Source: Patescibacteria group bacterium (GTDB lineage Bacteria; Patescibacteriota; Patescibacteriia; Patescibacteriales; JAQVLT01). Taken from it: 64,000 nucleotides of DNA. How positions within the stretch are numbered: the first letter of the stretch is position 1; each line of letters opens with the position of its first letter. This document shows positions 53,381 to 62,692 of this stretch, piece after piece. The position numbers were made by a program, and so were the translations under genes. The stretch spans positions 9,499 through 73,498 of the forward strand of contig JAQVLT010000002.1 in assembly GCA_028704015.1 (NCBI GenBank). The letters are read 5' to 3'. The notes beneath the pieces are model-generated. The model was not told where the DNA came from and made no database searches. It saw only the letters and a list, made by a program, of their open reading frames with translations.

Positions 53381-54455
53381 ATTTATCCAATTCTTTTTTA
53401 AACCAATCTACCCAAGGAATTTTTACCGGATCAACTCCGTTAAGCATGCCAAGATAGTAAGTTATCCAAGAGCCAATTTGTAAAAATTCAAATGATTGCA
53501 TTAATTTATTTGTGCCCTTGAGAGTATATTCGGAAGTTTTAACTCCATTCTTTTTTATTACTTGTTTGGTAAGATTGCTTCTTTTCTGAATGCGCGGATG
53601 ACAAAGGTTGGAATTGACGAAGAAAAATATCAGGTTATTTTTATTAGTCTTCGGGTTAGACAGTCCTTCCATGGTGTAATGGTTGAGTTCGGGAAGCGAA
53701 AGATAGCTAGCGAAGTTTTTGCTATTTTCGCAAAATTGGTTGCGCAGGACGTGCGAATTGCCGTCTAAAAATTCCGCCGCGATGATAATTGGTTCACGTC
53801 CGTAGATTTGAGTGGCGATTTTTTTTGCTTGGTTATTGATTTTAGCGGTTGGTCTTAATTCGCGGTCCCAAATTTCCAAATTGGCGATTATTTCTTTTAT
53901 TTCTTTTGGATTAATTTTGAATAATCCGGCTTTAGCAAGGAGAATCATTATGCCGAACATTGAATAGCCAATGCCGAGGCGCGGTTGATTGGAAGGATTA
54001 AATTCTGGTTTTGCAATGTAGCCGGGGATGTTGTCGCGTAACATCAAGTCTTTTAATTTACTTTTTGGATTATCGGTAGTAAAGGCAATAATTTTTGCGC
54101 CGCGTTTTTTTACCTCTTTATAAACGCTTAATGGTTCTTCGGTTGTACCAGAATAAGAGGAGATCAAAAAGAGGGTGTTTTTATCAACAAAATTTGGCAC
54201 TTCATAGCCCGGAGCAATAATAATCGGAGATTTTAATTGCTCATTAAAAACTGCTTTGATTATTCTGGCGCCAAGATTAGAACCACCCATTCCATTGACA
54301 ACAACTTTATTTATTTGGCTGTATTCTCGCGGAATTTTTATTAGATGTTCCTCGTCAAGAACTTGCCGGATTTGATCCGGTAAAAGTTCAATGGATTCCG
54401 ACACTCGTTCAGTGTCCAGTTTTTTAAATTGTTTTAAGTCGTTTAAATTCAGCAT
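53379..54455 (-). CDS. bifunctional phosphoglucose/phosphomannose isomerase (SIS domain, PGI/PMI type)
   Basis: SIS motifs VVNGMGGSNLGARI and LISSYSGTTEE. Length matches the archaeal/bacterial PGI-PMI family. Confidence 0.7.
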   Translation of the reverse strand: MLNLNDLKQFKKLDTERVSESIELLPDQIRQVLDEEHLIKIPREYSQINKVVVNGMGGSNLGARIIKAVFNEQLKSPIIIAPGYEVPNFVDKNTLFLISSYSGTTEEPLSVYKEVKKRGAKIIAFTTDNPKSKLKDLMLRDNIPGYIAKPEFNPSNQPRLGIGYSMFGIMILLAKAGLFKINPKEIKEIIANLEIWDRELRPTAKINNQAKKIATQIYGREPIIIAAEFLDGNSHVLRNQFCENSKNFASYLSLPELNHYTMEGLSNPKTNKNNLIFFFVNSNLCHPRIQKRSNLTKQVIKKNGVKTSEYTLKGTNKLMQSFEFLQIGSWITYYLGMLNGVDPVKIPWVDWFKKELDK

Positions 54456-54515
54456 ATTGTTTATTTCTTAAAATTATTTAATTATTTAGAATTATATCAT
54501 ATTTATAAAAAAAAG

Positions 54516-54545
54516 ACCCGCTCATACCGATTGGTTTGAGCGGGT
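54516..54545 (-). terminator. rho-independent terminator of the HD-GYP gene
   Basis: acccgctca / tgagcgggt stem, with a long T-run on the minus strand. Confidence 0.65.
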
Positions 54546-55174
54546 TAGGACGTGAATGAACTTAAAGCCTGGCGGAGGCATTGCCGGCTCTCAAGAAAAG
54601 CCTCATAGGCCAGGGGATGAAAGTGCGAGGGTTGTGTTCGCGGTCCTTCATCACCGTTAAATATCGCAACAGCTTGTTCGAAAGAGTTTCTTTCGCGATA
54701 GGGGCGATTTGATGTTAATGCATCAAATACATCCACTATCGAAGCTGCGCTTATTTCCACTTCGATAGAATTTCCGCAACAACCGTAGGGATATCCATCG
54801 CCAGAACGCTTCTCGTGGTGAAGCAAGGCTATCCGCGATGCTAATTTTTGAAATTCCGAGAGTTGCGGTCCTTGGAGAAGGAAGTGTAATATATTTGCCC
54901 CAAAGATTGGATGCCTTTTTATAATCTCCCATTCTTTTTGGTCAGGAGGGCCTTTTTTGTAGAGAATTTCATTTGGCACCCACATCTTCCCCAAATCGTG
55001 CAACTTGATCGCCAGTTTGTAGACAGCTATTTCTTCCGTCTTCATACCGAGCGCTTGGGCGATAATTTCAAAATACACGCTCGTTCTGTTTCCATGAGAC
55101 GCTGTCCACTTGCGAGGAATGGATAGCCATGCAAAAATGGCAGCCACTTGTTTTTCAACCATTTCATTATTCAT
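54545..55174 (-). CDS. stand-alone HD-GYP-type HD-domain phosphohydrolase (GC-rich island)
   Basis: Start moved to MNNEMVEKQ after SD aaggagggggg. HDLGK and HHEKRSGDGYPYG motifs. Confidence 0.7.
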   Translation of the reverse strand: MNNEMVEKQVAAIFAWLSIPRKWTASHGNRTSVYFEIIAQALGMKTEEIAVYKLAIKLHDLGKMWVPNEILYKKGPPDQKEWEIIKRHPIFGANILHFLLQGPQLSEFQKLASRIALLHHEKRSGDGYPYGCCGNSIEVEISAASIVDVFDALTSNRPYRERNSFEQAVAIFNGDEGPRTQPSHFHPLAYEAFLESRQCLRQALSSFTS

Positions 55175-55244
55175 AAGTGCCCCCCTCCTTTTGTGGCGAC
55201 AGCGATAGTAAAGGCCAAAGAATATTATTAAATTTTCTGCCATT

Positions 55245-55273
55245 AATATAATACAAAAGTTATATAATTGCAA
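55245..55273 (-). promoter_or_regulatory. sigma70-type promoter of the HD-GYP gene
   Basis: Minus strand: TTGCAA, 17-nt spacer, TATATT. Confidence 0.4.
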
Positions 55274-55422
55274 TCTTGATTTTTTGGTTATTTTATGATA
55301 AATTTTTATTAGAAAATAGATAGCAGAAAGCAGACGGTAAATTAATAATAATTTTACTGTTATTTATTTCCTGCTATTTGGTATCTAATTTTTAATTTTT
55401 TATATTTTTATATTTTTAAACT

Positions 55423-56151
55423 ATGTCCGGACATTCCAAATGGGCAACAACTAAAAGGCATAAAGCGGTTATTGATTCTAAGCGCGCCGCTGTTTTTACT
55501 AAAATCGCCAACATAATTACCATTGCCGCGCGTGAAAAAGGCGGTGATCCAACGACTAATTTTTCTTTGCGCATGGCAATGGACAAAGGACGGGCGGTTA
55601 ATATGCCAAAAGATAACATTGAACGCGCGATCAAGCGCGGTACCGGCGAAGGTGATGGGGCGCAGATTGAGGAAATAATTTATGAAGGCATTGGCCCGGT
55701 GAAATCTCAGTTTATAATTAAATGTTTGACAGATAGTCGTAACCGCACAGCCTCCGAGGTTCGTCATATTTTTTCTGAATATGGCGGAGCGCTTAGTTCT
55801 GTTATGTGGAATTTTTCTAAAAAAGGAGTTTTGCGAATTATGAATGAAGAATTACAAAGCAAGAATTTAATAAATGAGGAATTTGAGTTAGAGCTGATTG
55901 ATGCTGGCGCCCAGGATATTTTGAAAGAAGAAGAAGGCTGGACAATTTATACTAAGATGGAAGATTTGGTAAAAGTTAAGAATTTTTTAGAAAGTAAAAA
56001 TTTAGCAACAGAATCAGCTGATATTGAGTATGTTGCCAAAGATACGGTAAAAGTTGAAAATGCGGAAGATCAAGAAAAAATGGAAAAATTTATTGAAGAA
56101 TTGGAAAATAATGAAGATGTGAGCGATTATTATACGAATGCAATCACATAA
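55423..56151 (+). CDS. yebC: YebC/PmpR-family transcriptional regulator
   Basis: MSGHSKWATTKRHKA start and full-length family pattern. The last codons run into a family D repeat. Confidence 0.9.
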   Translation: MSGHSKWATTKRHKAVIDSKRAAVFTKIANIITIAAREKGGDPTTNFSLRMAMDKGRAVNMPKDNIERAIKRGTGEGDGAQIEEIIYEGIGPVKSQFIIKCLTDSRNRTASEVRHIFSEYGGALSSVMWNFSKKGVLRIMNEELQSKNLINEEFELELIDAGAQDILKEEEGWTIYTKMEDLVKVKNFLESKNLATESADIEYVAKDTVKVENAEDQEKMEKFIEELENNEDVSDYYTNAIT

Positions 56152-56218
56152 CACATATCACATAACACATATCACTTAGCAATAATTGTTTTGTGATATG
56201 TGTTATGTGCTATGTGAT
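56143..56218. repeat. family D (CACATAACACAT) inverted repeat, gene-less hairpin
   Basis: atcacataacacatatcacataacacatatcac / gtgatatgtgttatgtgctatgtgat with a 17-nt loop. Overlaps the yebC stop and the ruvC start. Confidence 0.65.
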
Positions 56219-56687
56219 TTTAGGAATTGATCCCGGAATCGCCGATACCGGCTGGGGAGTTATTGAAAAAAATAAGCAGGGAGGCTTGTCCTGTTTGGCT
56301 TATGGTTCAATTAAAACTAAGGCAAAAACTGAATTGGCCGATAGATTGGAAATCATAAATTTAGAGCTCGCAAAAATTATCAAAGAATATAAACCTCAAC
56401 TAATCGCGGTTGAGGAACTGTTTTTTTGTAACAATGTAAAAACTGCCTTGGTGGTCGGGCAGGCGCGCGGCGTGGTGATTCTAACTGCCAAGCAAAACAA
56501 AGTAAGATCGGTAGAATTTACTCCGCTTCAAGTTAAACAAGCAGTGTCAGCCTATGGCAAAGCGGGAAAATTGCAGGTACAAAAAATGGTGAAGCTTCTG
56601 CTTAATCTGAAAGAAATACCAAAGCCAGATGACGCGGCGGACGCGCTGGCAATCGCGATTTGCGCGAGTAATTCACGCAACATATAG
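56205..56687 (+). CDS. ruvC: crossover junction endodeoxyribonuclease RuvC
   Basis: ILGIDPG, catalytic E in AVEELFF, DAADALAIA. The start is ambiguous (ATG 56205 or GTG 56214). Confidence 0.85.
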   Translation: MCYVILGIDPGIADTGWGVIEKNKQGGLSCLAYGSIKTKAKTELADRLEIINLELAKIIKEYKPQLIAVEELFFCNNVKTALVVGQARGVVILTAKQNKVRSVEFTPLQVKQAVSAYGKAGKLQVQKMVKLLLNLKEIPKPDDAADALAIAICASNSRNI

Positions 56688-57086
56688 CACATAACACATA
56701 GCATATGAATTTTCATGATAGCTTAAAAATAAAAATGCATTTGTATGTTAAACAAGTATATAAAGTGACAAAAAATTTTCCGCGTGATGAGTTGTACGGC
56801 GTTACCTCGCAATTCAGAAGAGCGGCGATGTCTGTTATTTTAAATTATATAGAAGGTTATGCTCGAAGAAAGGGTAATAATTGTAAAGTGTATAAAAATT
56901 TTTTAGAGATATCTTACGGCTCGCTTCGAGAGACAAAATATCTAATTTATTTTTCTTTCTCTGAAAATTATATCAATCAAAAAAATTATAATTTTTTAAT
57001 TAGCCAAGCCGATGAGCTAGGCAAAATGATCTGGACCACAATAAAAAGCAACTAATTTGCTATATGTTATGTGTTCCATGATATGC
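56681..57086. mobile_element. cassette: four-helix-bundle gene between inverted family D motifs
   Basis: Left catatagcacataacacatagcatatg; right gctatatgttatgtgttccatgatatgc. They share cacataaca in opposite orientation. The repeat is imperfect. Confidence 0.4.
56705..57055 (+). CDS. four-helix-bundle protein (23S rRNA intervening-sequence protein family)
   Basis: FPRDELYGVTSQFRRAAMSVILNYIEGYAR...SYGSLRETKYLIYF. Confidence 0.7.
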   Translation: MNFHDSLKIKMHLYVKQVYKVTKNFPRDELYGVTSQFRRAAMSVILNYIEGYARRKGNNCKVYKNFLEISYGSLRETKYLIYFSFSENYINQKNYNFLISQADELGKMIWTTIKSN

Positions 57087-57087
57087 G

Positions 57088-58563
57088 ATGATGAAAAAGT
57101 TAAAGATAGTTTCTATTTCCAGCGAGCTCGCCCCGTTCTCCAAGACCGGCGGCTTGGCTGACGTGGCGCGCAGTTTGCCCAAGGCCTTGAAAAGATTGGG
57201 GCATGAGGTAATTGCGATTACGCCATTTTATGGGCAGATAATCAGTCCGAAAGAATATGATTTGAAATTGATTTACGAAGATATTGAGATTTATTTAAAT
57301 TCCGAAGAGTCGGTAAAGATTAATTTTTGGAAAGGTTATTTAATGAAGGGCCTGCCGATTTATTTTATCGAAAATAAAAAATATTTTTCTTGCCGCAAAA
57401 ACCTTTATGGATCCAGCCATGAGAACGCGCGTTTCTTAATATTTGATGTCGCGGCATTGAAATTAATTTCACTCTTGAAATTTTCGGCTGACATTATCCA
57501 ATGCCATGATTGGCACACGGGCTTGATCCCTTATTATTTAAAAACCGATTTTCGTTATTCAAAAACTTTAAAAAAAGCAAAAACAGTTTTTACTATTCAT
57601 AATTTAGTTTTTCAATTCGGAAAAAATTGGTGGGAGGTGCCATTAGAGAAAAAAGATTATGGCCGCAGTCGTCTTCCGCATTTATCCAATCCAGACATAG
57701 AATATATAAATTTTGCCAAGCGAGCCATTTTAACTGCTGACGCGATTAATACTGTTAGCGAACAATATTGCGAAGAAATAATGACTAAGGGGTTTGGTCA
57801 AGATTTGCACCGCATATTGAAAAATCGCGCCGATCGGCTTTATGGAATTATCAACGGGATAGATTATAAGGCGTTTAATCCGGCGCTTGATTCGGGACTC
57901 GAAAAAAATTATAACCATCGGAAAATTCATCGCAAAAAACTTAACAAAAAGGTTTTGCAAAAAAAGGTTGGTTTACCAGTTGACGATAATACACCCTTGC
58001 TTTGCGCTACATCGCGGGTGACTTTTCAAAAAGGTTTTGAATTGATTACTCAAATTTTGAATGATCTTTTGAAATTAGATTTGCAGATTATTATTTTGGG
58101 CGATGGCGACAAAAAATATATTGACGTCTTGAAAAAGTATAATAAAAATTATCCCAAAAAAATTATTTGGTTGCCGTTTAGTGGCAATAAAGATCTGGAA
58201 ACAATGATCTATGCCGGTTCGGATATTTTTCTCTTGCCTTCGCATCATGAGCCGTGCGGCATAAATCAGCTAATCGCGATGCGTTATGGCTGTATTCCGG
58301 TTGTAAGGCGAGTGGGAGGGCTTCATAATACGGTGGAAAATTTTGATCCCAAGAAAAGCAAAGGAACCGGTTTTTTGTTTGACGAATTCAACGCCGAGTC
58401 TTTCCTCGTGTCAATCACTAAGGCGCTGGAAAGTTTTAAGAATAAAAAAAGTTGGCGTGATTTGGCGGCGCGGGCGATGAAAAAATCTTCCAGCTGGGAA
58501 ATACCCGCGAAGAAGTATGTTGAATTATATAAGAAAGCGATTAAGATGAATAATAATAAATAA
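57088..58563 (+). CDS. glgA: glycogen/starch synthase (GT5)
   Basis: SSELAPFSKTGGLADV N-terminal KXGG motif and full-length GT5 pattern. Confidence 0.85.
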   Translation: MMKKLKIVSISSELAPFSKTGGLADVARSLPKALKRLGHEVIAITPFYGQIISPKEYDLKLIYEDIEIYLNSEESVKINFWKGYLMKGLPIYFIENKKYFSCRKNLYGSSHENARFLIFDVAALKLISLLKFSADIIQCHDWHTGLIPYYLKTDFRYSKTLKKAKTVFTIHNLVFQFGKNWWEVPLEKKDYGRSRLPHLSNPDIEYINFAKRAILTADAINTVSEQYCEEIMTKGFGQDLHRILKNRADRLYGIINGIDYKAFNPALDSGLEKNYNHRKIHRKKLNKKVLQKKVGLPVDDNTPLLCATSRVTFQKGFELITQILNDLLKLDLQIIILGDGDKKYIDVLKKYNKNYPKKIIWLPFSGNKDLETMIYAGSDIFLLPSHHEPCGINQLIAMRYGCIPVVRRVGGLHNTVENFDPKKSKGTGFLFDEFNAESFLVSITKALESFKNKKSWRDLAARAMKKSSSWEIPAKKYVELYKKAIKMNNNK

Positions 58564-58695
58564 ATCCTAAATTCTAAGCACTAAATTCTAAACAAGCATA
58601 AAATTAAAATGTTTTAAATTCAAAACAGTTTTGGATTTTGAAATTTGATATTTGGATTTATTTAGTATTTAGAGTTTAGTATTTAGAATTTTAAA
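58564..58695. repeat. 132-bp MITE-like palindromic element, gene-less relative of the 44319-44931 cassette
   Basis: Left cctaaattctaagcactaaattctaaa...aaattcaaaac; right attttgaaattt...tttagagtttagtatttagaa. Fills the whole glgA-GH57 spacer. Confidence 0.55.
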
Positions 58696-58697
58696 CT

Positions 58698-59879
58698 ATG
58701 ATTTGGTTAAATTTTCTCCATCTCTATCAGCCGGCGAATGCGGATGAAAAAACAATTCGTGAAGCGACGGAAAAAAGTTATTGGCGGCTGGTCAGGGCAT
58801 TGGAAGAACATCCAAAAATAAAATTTACTTTTAATATCGCCGGTTGTTTGGTTGCGCGCTGGTTTGAGCTTGGCTATTTTGATTTAATCAAAAGAATTAA
58901 ATGTTTGGTAAAAAAAGGACAATTAGAAATTACCGGCTCCGCAGCTTATCATCCGATTTTACCATTGATTTCGGAAGAAGAAACAATCAGACAAATCAAA
59001 GAGAACGAAGAAATTTTAAAAAAATATTTTGGTGTCAAACCACGCGGTTTTTTCTTTCCAGAAATGGCAAGCGATGAAAGAACTTTGAAATTGGTAAAAA
59101 AATTGGGTTACGAGTGGGCAGTGCTTGATGAATTAGCAATCAATAACCTTGTTGGGACTCGAAATGACAAAAACAAGGTGTTCATAGATCAAAAAAGCGG
59201 CCTTAAAATAATTTTTCGTTCACGTCAATTTTCCAACGGCTATGTTCCGGATATTATTTTACATAACATAAAGCACATAACACATAACACAATTATTATT
59301 TCCGCAAACGATGGAGAATTGTATGGACTCCGGCACGAGGATCCGACGGGGGAATTTGAAAAATTATTGGATGAAAAAAATTTGGAAACCGAAACAATCT
59401 CGGAATTCATTGCCCTAGCGGAAAAACCAGAAAAAATTAATTTATGCGCTTCCAGCTGGGAATCAACCGAGGCGGAATTAAAACGTGGCGAACCATTTGC
59501 CTTGTGGCATAGCAAAAAAAATAAAATTCAGATGAAATTATGGAATTTTGCCGATTTGGCGTATGAAGCGCTGGAAAAAAATAACAAAGACAAAAATTAT
59601 GATTGGGCGCGCTGGCACTTGGTGCGCGGTTTGGCTAGTTGTACTTTTTGGTGGGCGAGCGGCAAAGATTTTAAAGCGATATTCGGTCCGGTTGCCTGGA
59701 ATCCTGATGAAATTGAACGTTACATGAGCGAACTTTTGCGCGCGATTCGGTCGCTTCAAAATAAAAAAACTCTACCCCTAAAAATCAAAGCGGAAAAACT
59801 GTATGCCGAAATCAGATTTTTGATTTGGCAGAAACATTGGCAAAAGCGTTGGAAAAATACAATCCAAATCTACAAATAA
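58698..59879 (+). CDS. glycoside hydrolase family 57 protein
   Basis: N-terminal FLHLYQP and GSAAYHPILPL are typical of GH57. Contains a family D derived insert. Confidence 0.65.
   Translation: MIWLNFLHLYQPANADEKTIREATEKSYWRLVRALEEHPKIKFTFNIAGCLVARWFELGYFDLIKRIKCLVKKGQLEITGSAAYHPILPLISEEETIRQIKENEEILKKYFGVKPRGFFFPEMASDERTLKLVKKLGYEWAVLDELAINNLVGTRNDKNKVFIDQKSGLKIIFRSRQFSNGYVPDIILHNIKHITHNTIIISANDGELYGLRHEDPTGEFEKLLDEKNLETETISEFIALAEKPEKINLCASSWESTEAELKRGEPFALWHSKKNKIQMKLWNFADLAYEALEKNNKDKNYDWARWHLVRGLASCTFWWASGKDFKAIFGPVAWNPDEIERYMSELLRAIRSLQNKKTLPLKIKAEKLYAEIRFLIWQKHWQKRWKNTIQIYK
59261..59292. repeat. family D motif inside the GH57 reading frame
   Basis: acataacataaagcacataacacataacacaa encodes HNIKHITHNT. 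Confidence 0.55.
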
Positions 59880-59950
59880 TCTGCGAATGCCTCAAATACT
59901 AAGACGGAATTTGCAGTATTTGTATAAATTCTAGTATTTGCATTATTTTT

Positions 59951-60970
59951 ATGAACATAATCAACAACCTTTTTAGTGAACAATTTGTGATAGATTTATT
60001 CCGCAAGAATTTGTTGCCGCATTATTCCGATTTTTCTGATATCAAAAAAGTGAAGGTTGTGCCGCACAAACAATATATCTGGGAAAAAACTTATCATGTA
60101 GTTTTGGAATTCAGCACTGTATTAATAACCAAGGACGGCAAAGAAGAAGAATTGGAAATTTTTTGTACGGCGCATTCCAGTGAACCTCGCCAGAACGCCT
60201 ATGAAGCGCTTCGTTATTTGTGGGACAAAGATTTTTCCCAAGGCGACTTAACTACGCCCCATCCGCTTTTTTTTGACAAAAAATTAAAAGCGTTTTTTTA
60301 TCGCGGTGTCAGCGGTCGCAGTATGTATTATTATATTAAAGAAAAGAAATTCAGCGAAGTAGAGAGAATCATTCCTCTGTCAGCGGCTTGGTTTAGCAAA
60401 TTGCACAGCATTCCCGTCGCCAATGCAAAAAATTTCAACGAAGAAAATAGCCGAATTATGACAGTGGTTCCAGGGAAAGAGAAGGTTTTAGATAATATTA
60501 AGAATAATTACCCCGATCATTACGAAACCTACAAAAAAATTTACGAAATTTTTATAAAAAACGAAGAAGATTTTCTAAAATCAACCAGCCAGCGCTGGCT
60601 GATACATGGAGATGCGCATCCGGAAAATATTATTAAAATGGGCGAAACAAAGATTGCCGGTATTGATTTTACCGATGTTTGTTTAGCTGATTTTGCGCGT
60701 GATTTGGGGTCGTTTTTACAGCAGATTGAATATATGGCCGGTCGTAAAATAGGAGATTTTGTTTTTACGGAAAGAATGAAAGATTTATTTTTGGTTAGCT
60801 ATTTGAAATGTGCTAAAATAGAGTTATCAGACAGTTTAAAATCGCGAATTGATAATTATTATAATTGGACTGCTATTCGTACCGCCACTTTTTTTCTGAT
60901 GAAGCATAATCCTCAGCCGGATAGAGCGGAACCATTGCTGAATACGGTAAGAGAAAGGCTGGGAATATAA
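59951..60970 (+). CDS. aminoglycoside-phosphotransferase-fold kinase (possibly sugar/maltose kinase-like)
   Basis: HGDAHPENI catalytic loop and IDFTD. Confidence 0.6.
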   Translation: MNIINNLFSEQFVIDLFRKNLLPHYSDFSDIKKVKVVPHKQYIWEKTYHVVLEFSTVLITKDGKEEELEIFCTAHSSEPRQNAYEALRYLWDKDFSQGDLTTPHPLFFDKKLKAFFYRGVSGRSMYYYIKEKKFSEVERIIPLSAAWFSKLHSIPVANAKNFNEENSRIMTVVPGKEKVLDNIKNNYPDHYETYKKIYEIFIKNEEDFLKSTSQRWLIHGDAHPENIIKMGETKIAGIDFTDVCLADFARDLGSFLQQIEYMAGRKIGDFVFTERMKDLFLVSYLKCAKIELSDSLKSRIDNYYNWTAIRTATFFLMKHNPQPDRAEPLLNTVRERLGI

Positions 60971-61007
60971 TTTTAGATTTAAGAATTAAGAAGATTAAAT
61001 AATTGTT

Positions 61008-61871
61008 ATGTTAATAGACTTACAAGTTCACTCAACTTATTCCGATGGCTATTTGTCCCCCACAGATGTGGTGCGTTATTTGGCGTCAAAAAAGGTTCGC
61101 GTCGCTTCTTTGACAGACCACAATACTGTCGGCGGCTTGGATGAATTTAAATGGGCTTGCAAACAGCATAAAATCAAACCAATCAACGGGCTTGAACTTT
61201 ATGTAAAATATAAAAACAAAAAGATGAATTTGCTTTGGTATAATTTTAATGAAGATAATACTGAATTACATGGCTTGCTTAGAGATACTCATGTTCGTCG
61301 AAGAGCTAAGGTAAGAAATATTTTGACTAATTTGAAGAAGCGCGGTTTTATTATGGATATTGATAAAATTCTTGATCGTTATAATCGATATATTCCGATT
61401 AATCGCTTGGTTGACGAAATTATTTCTTCGCCGGAAAATTTTAAAAAAGTAAAGAAAGAATTGGACTTAAAATTTCCACGCGAAGAAGATGTTATTCATA
61501 ATTATTTTAGAAATAGAGATTTGGGAGTTCTGGAAGAAAGCTATACTAGTCTTGAAAGAGTTATTAAATTGCGCCATCAGATTGGCGGGCAGCTGATACT
61601 TTGTCATCCGGCTAAATATAATTATATTTACCGTGAGGTGTGGGCCGAATTAAATAAATTAGGCATAGATGGTGTAGAAATATTATCACCGCATCATAAC
61701 TATGGAGCGATTATGTATATTCAATATTTGGCGCGTGAATTTAATTTCATTGAAACAGGCGGATCTGATTTTCATCGCCCCGAAGGAAATAATTTTCCAA
61801 TTCAAAATTCTTGGGATTATTTTGAAATTAAAACAAGATTTTTGCGTGGGGTGAGCAAAATAATTGGATAA
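61008..61871 (+). CDS. PHP-domain metal-dependent phosphoesterase
   Basis: IDLQVHSTYSDG and TDHNT motifs. Confidence 0.7.
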   Translation: MLIDLQVHSTYSDGYLSPTDVVRYLASKKVRVASLTDHNTVGGLDEFKWACKQHKIKPINGLELYVKYKNKKMNLLWYNFNEDNTELHGLLRDTHVRRRAKVRNILTNLKKRGFIMDIDKILDRYNRYIPINRLVDEIISSPENFKKVKKELDLKFPREEDVIHNYFRNRDLGVLEESYTSLERVIKLRHQIGGQLILCHPAKYNYIYREVWAELNKLGIDGVEILSPHHNYGAIMYIQYLAREFNFIETGGSDFHRPEGNNFPIQNSWDYFEIKTRFLRGVSKIIG

Positions 61872-61874
61872 ATT

Positions 61875-62495
61875 ATGTCCGTGGAAACCCATATTTATGA
61901 TAAGCGTTTTTTTAAGAATACCATCAAATTGGAAGATGATTCTGCGGCGGCCGCAGTTTCTATTTTGATAAAATATTTTTTGCCCAGATCAGTTATTGAT
62001 ATTGGTTGCGGTTGTGGAATTTATTTGAAAGAATTTTCAAATCAAGGCGTAGAAATTTTTGGATACGACGGCGCTCCGGCAGCGCTTGAATCTTCACTGG
62101 TTGGCGACAAAATCAAGCTTCATGATTTATGCGTGCCATTGGTAATAAATAAAAAATTTGATCTTTGCCTCTGCGTTGAAGTCGCTGAACATTTACCGCC
62201 CGAATACGCTAATATTTTAGTTGAGACTTTGGCAAATTTATCTGACATTATTATTTTTTCTGCCGCCACTCCGGGCCAAGGTCCGCGTTCCATCGGACAT
62301 ATCAACGAACAGCCGCCGGAATATTGGCTAGAAAAATTTCAATCTAAAAATTTTATTTTTGACCAAAATATATCTTTAAAGATAAAAAAAGAAATGGAAG
62401 AAAAGGGTGTTGTCTGGTGGATTACTAAGAATTTAATGATATTTAAAAATGACCCGTGTCAAACCCGAGCCGGAAAAAATTTACCACATTTATAA
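61875..62495 (+). CDS. class I SAM-dependent methyltransferase
   Basis: Motif I IDIGCGCG. The 3' tail overlaps the 5' fragment of the disrupted RayT-like gene in another frame. Confidence 0.65.
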   Translation: MSVETHIYDKRFFKNTIKLEDDSAAAAVSILIKYFLPRSVIDIGCGCGIYLKEFSNQGVEIFGYDGAPAALESSLVGDKIKLHDLCVPLVINKKFDLCLCVEVAEHLPPEYANILVETLANLSDIIIFSAATPGQGPRSIGHINEQPPEYWLEKFQSKNFIFDQNISLKIKKEMEEKGVVWWITKNLMIFKNDPCQTRAGKNLPHL

Positions 62496-62515
62496 CCTGC
62501 CTACCGGCAGGCAGG
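62496..62515. repeat. family B palindrome interrupting the YHIYN|RG motif
   Basis: cctgcctaccggcaggcagg. Removing these 20 nt restores one continuous ORF. Confidence 0.7.
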
Positions 62516-62660
62516 TCGTGGCGTTGAAAAAAGAAAGATATTTATGGATAAATGGGATTATATTAGATTTTTAGAAAGTACGAGAGAGTTTAATTGTGAT
62601 GAACCGATTGGCAGTCTCTATTTAAAAAAATATCTCGCCCAAAAAAACAAAGTTAGCCAA

Positions 62661-62692
62661 GGTGTCGGACACCCTATAGGGTGTCCGACACC
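62661..62692. repeat. perfect 32-nt palindrome inside the RayT-like reading frame
   Basis: ggtgtcggacaccctatagggtgtccgacacc encodes GVGHPIGCPTP. It occupies the same position as the family A palindrome in the 27186 paralogue. Confidence 0.7.
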
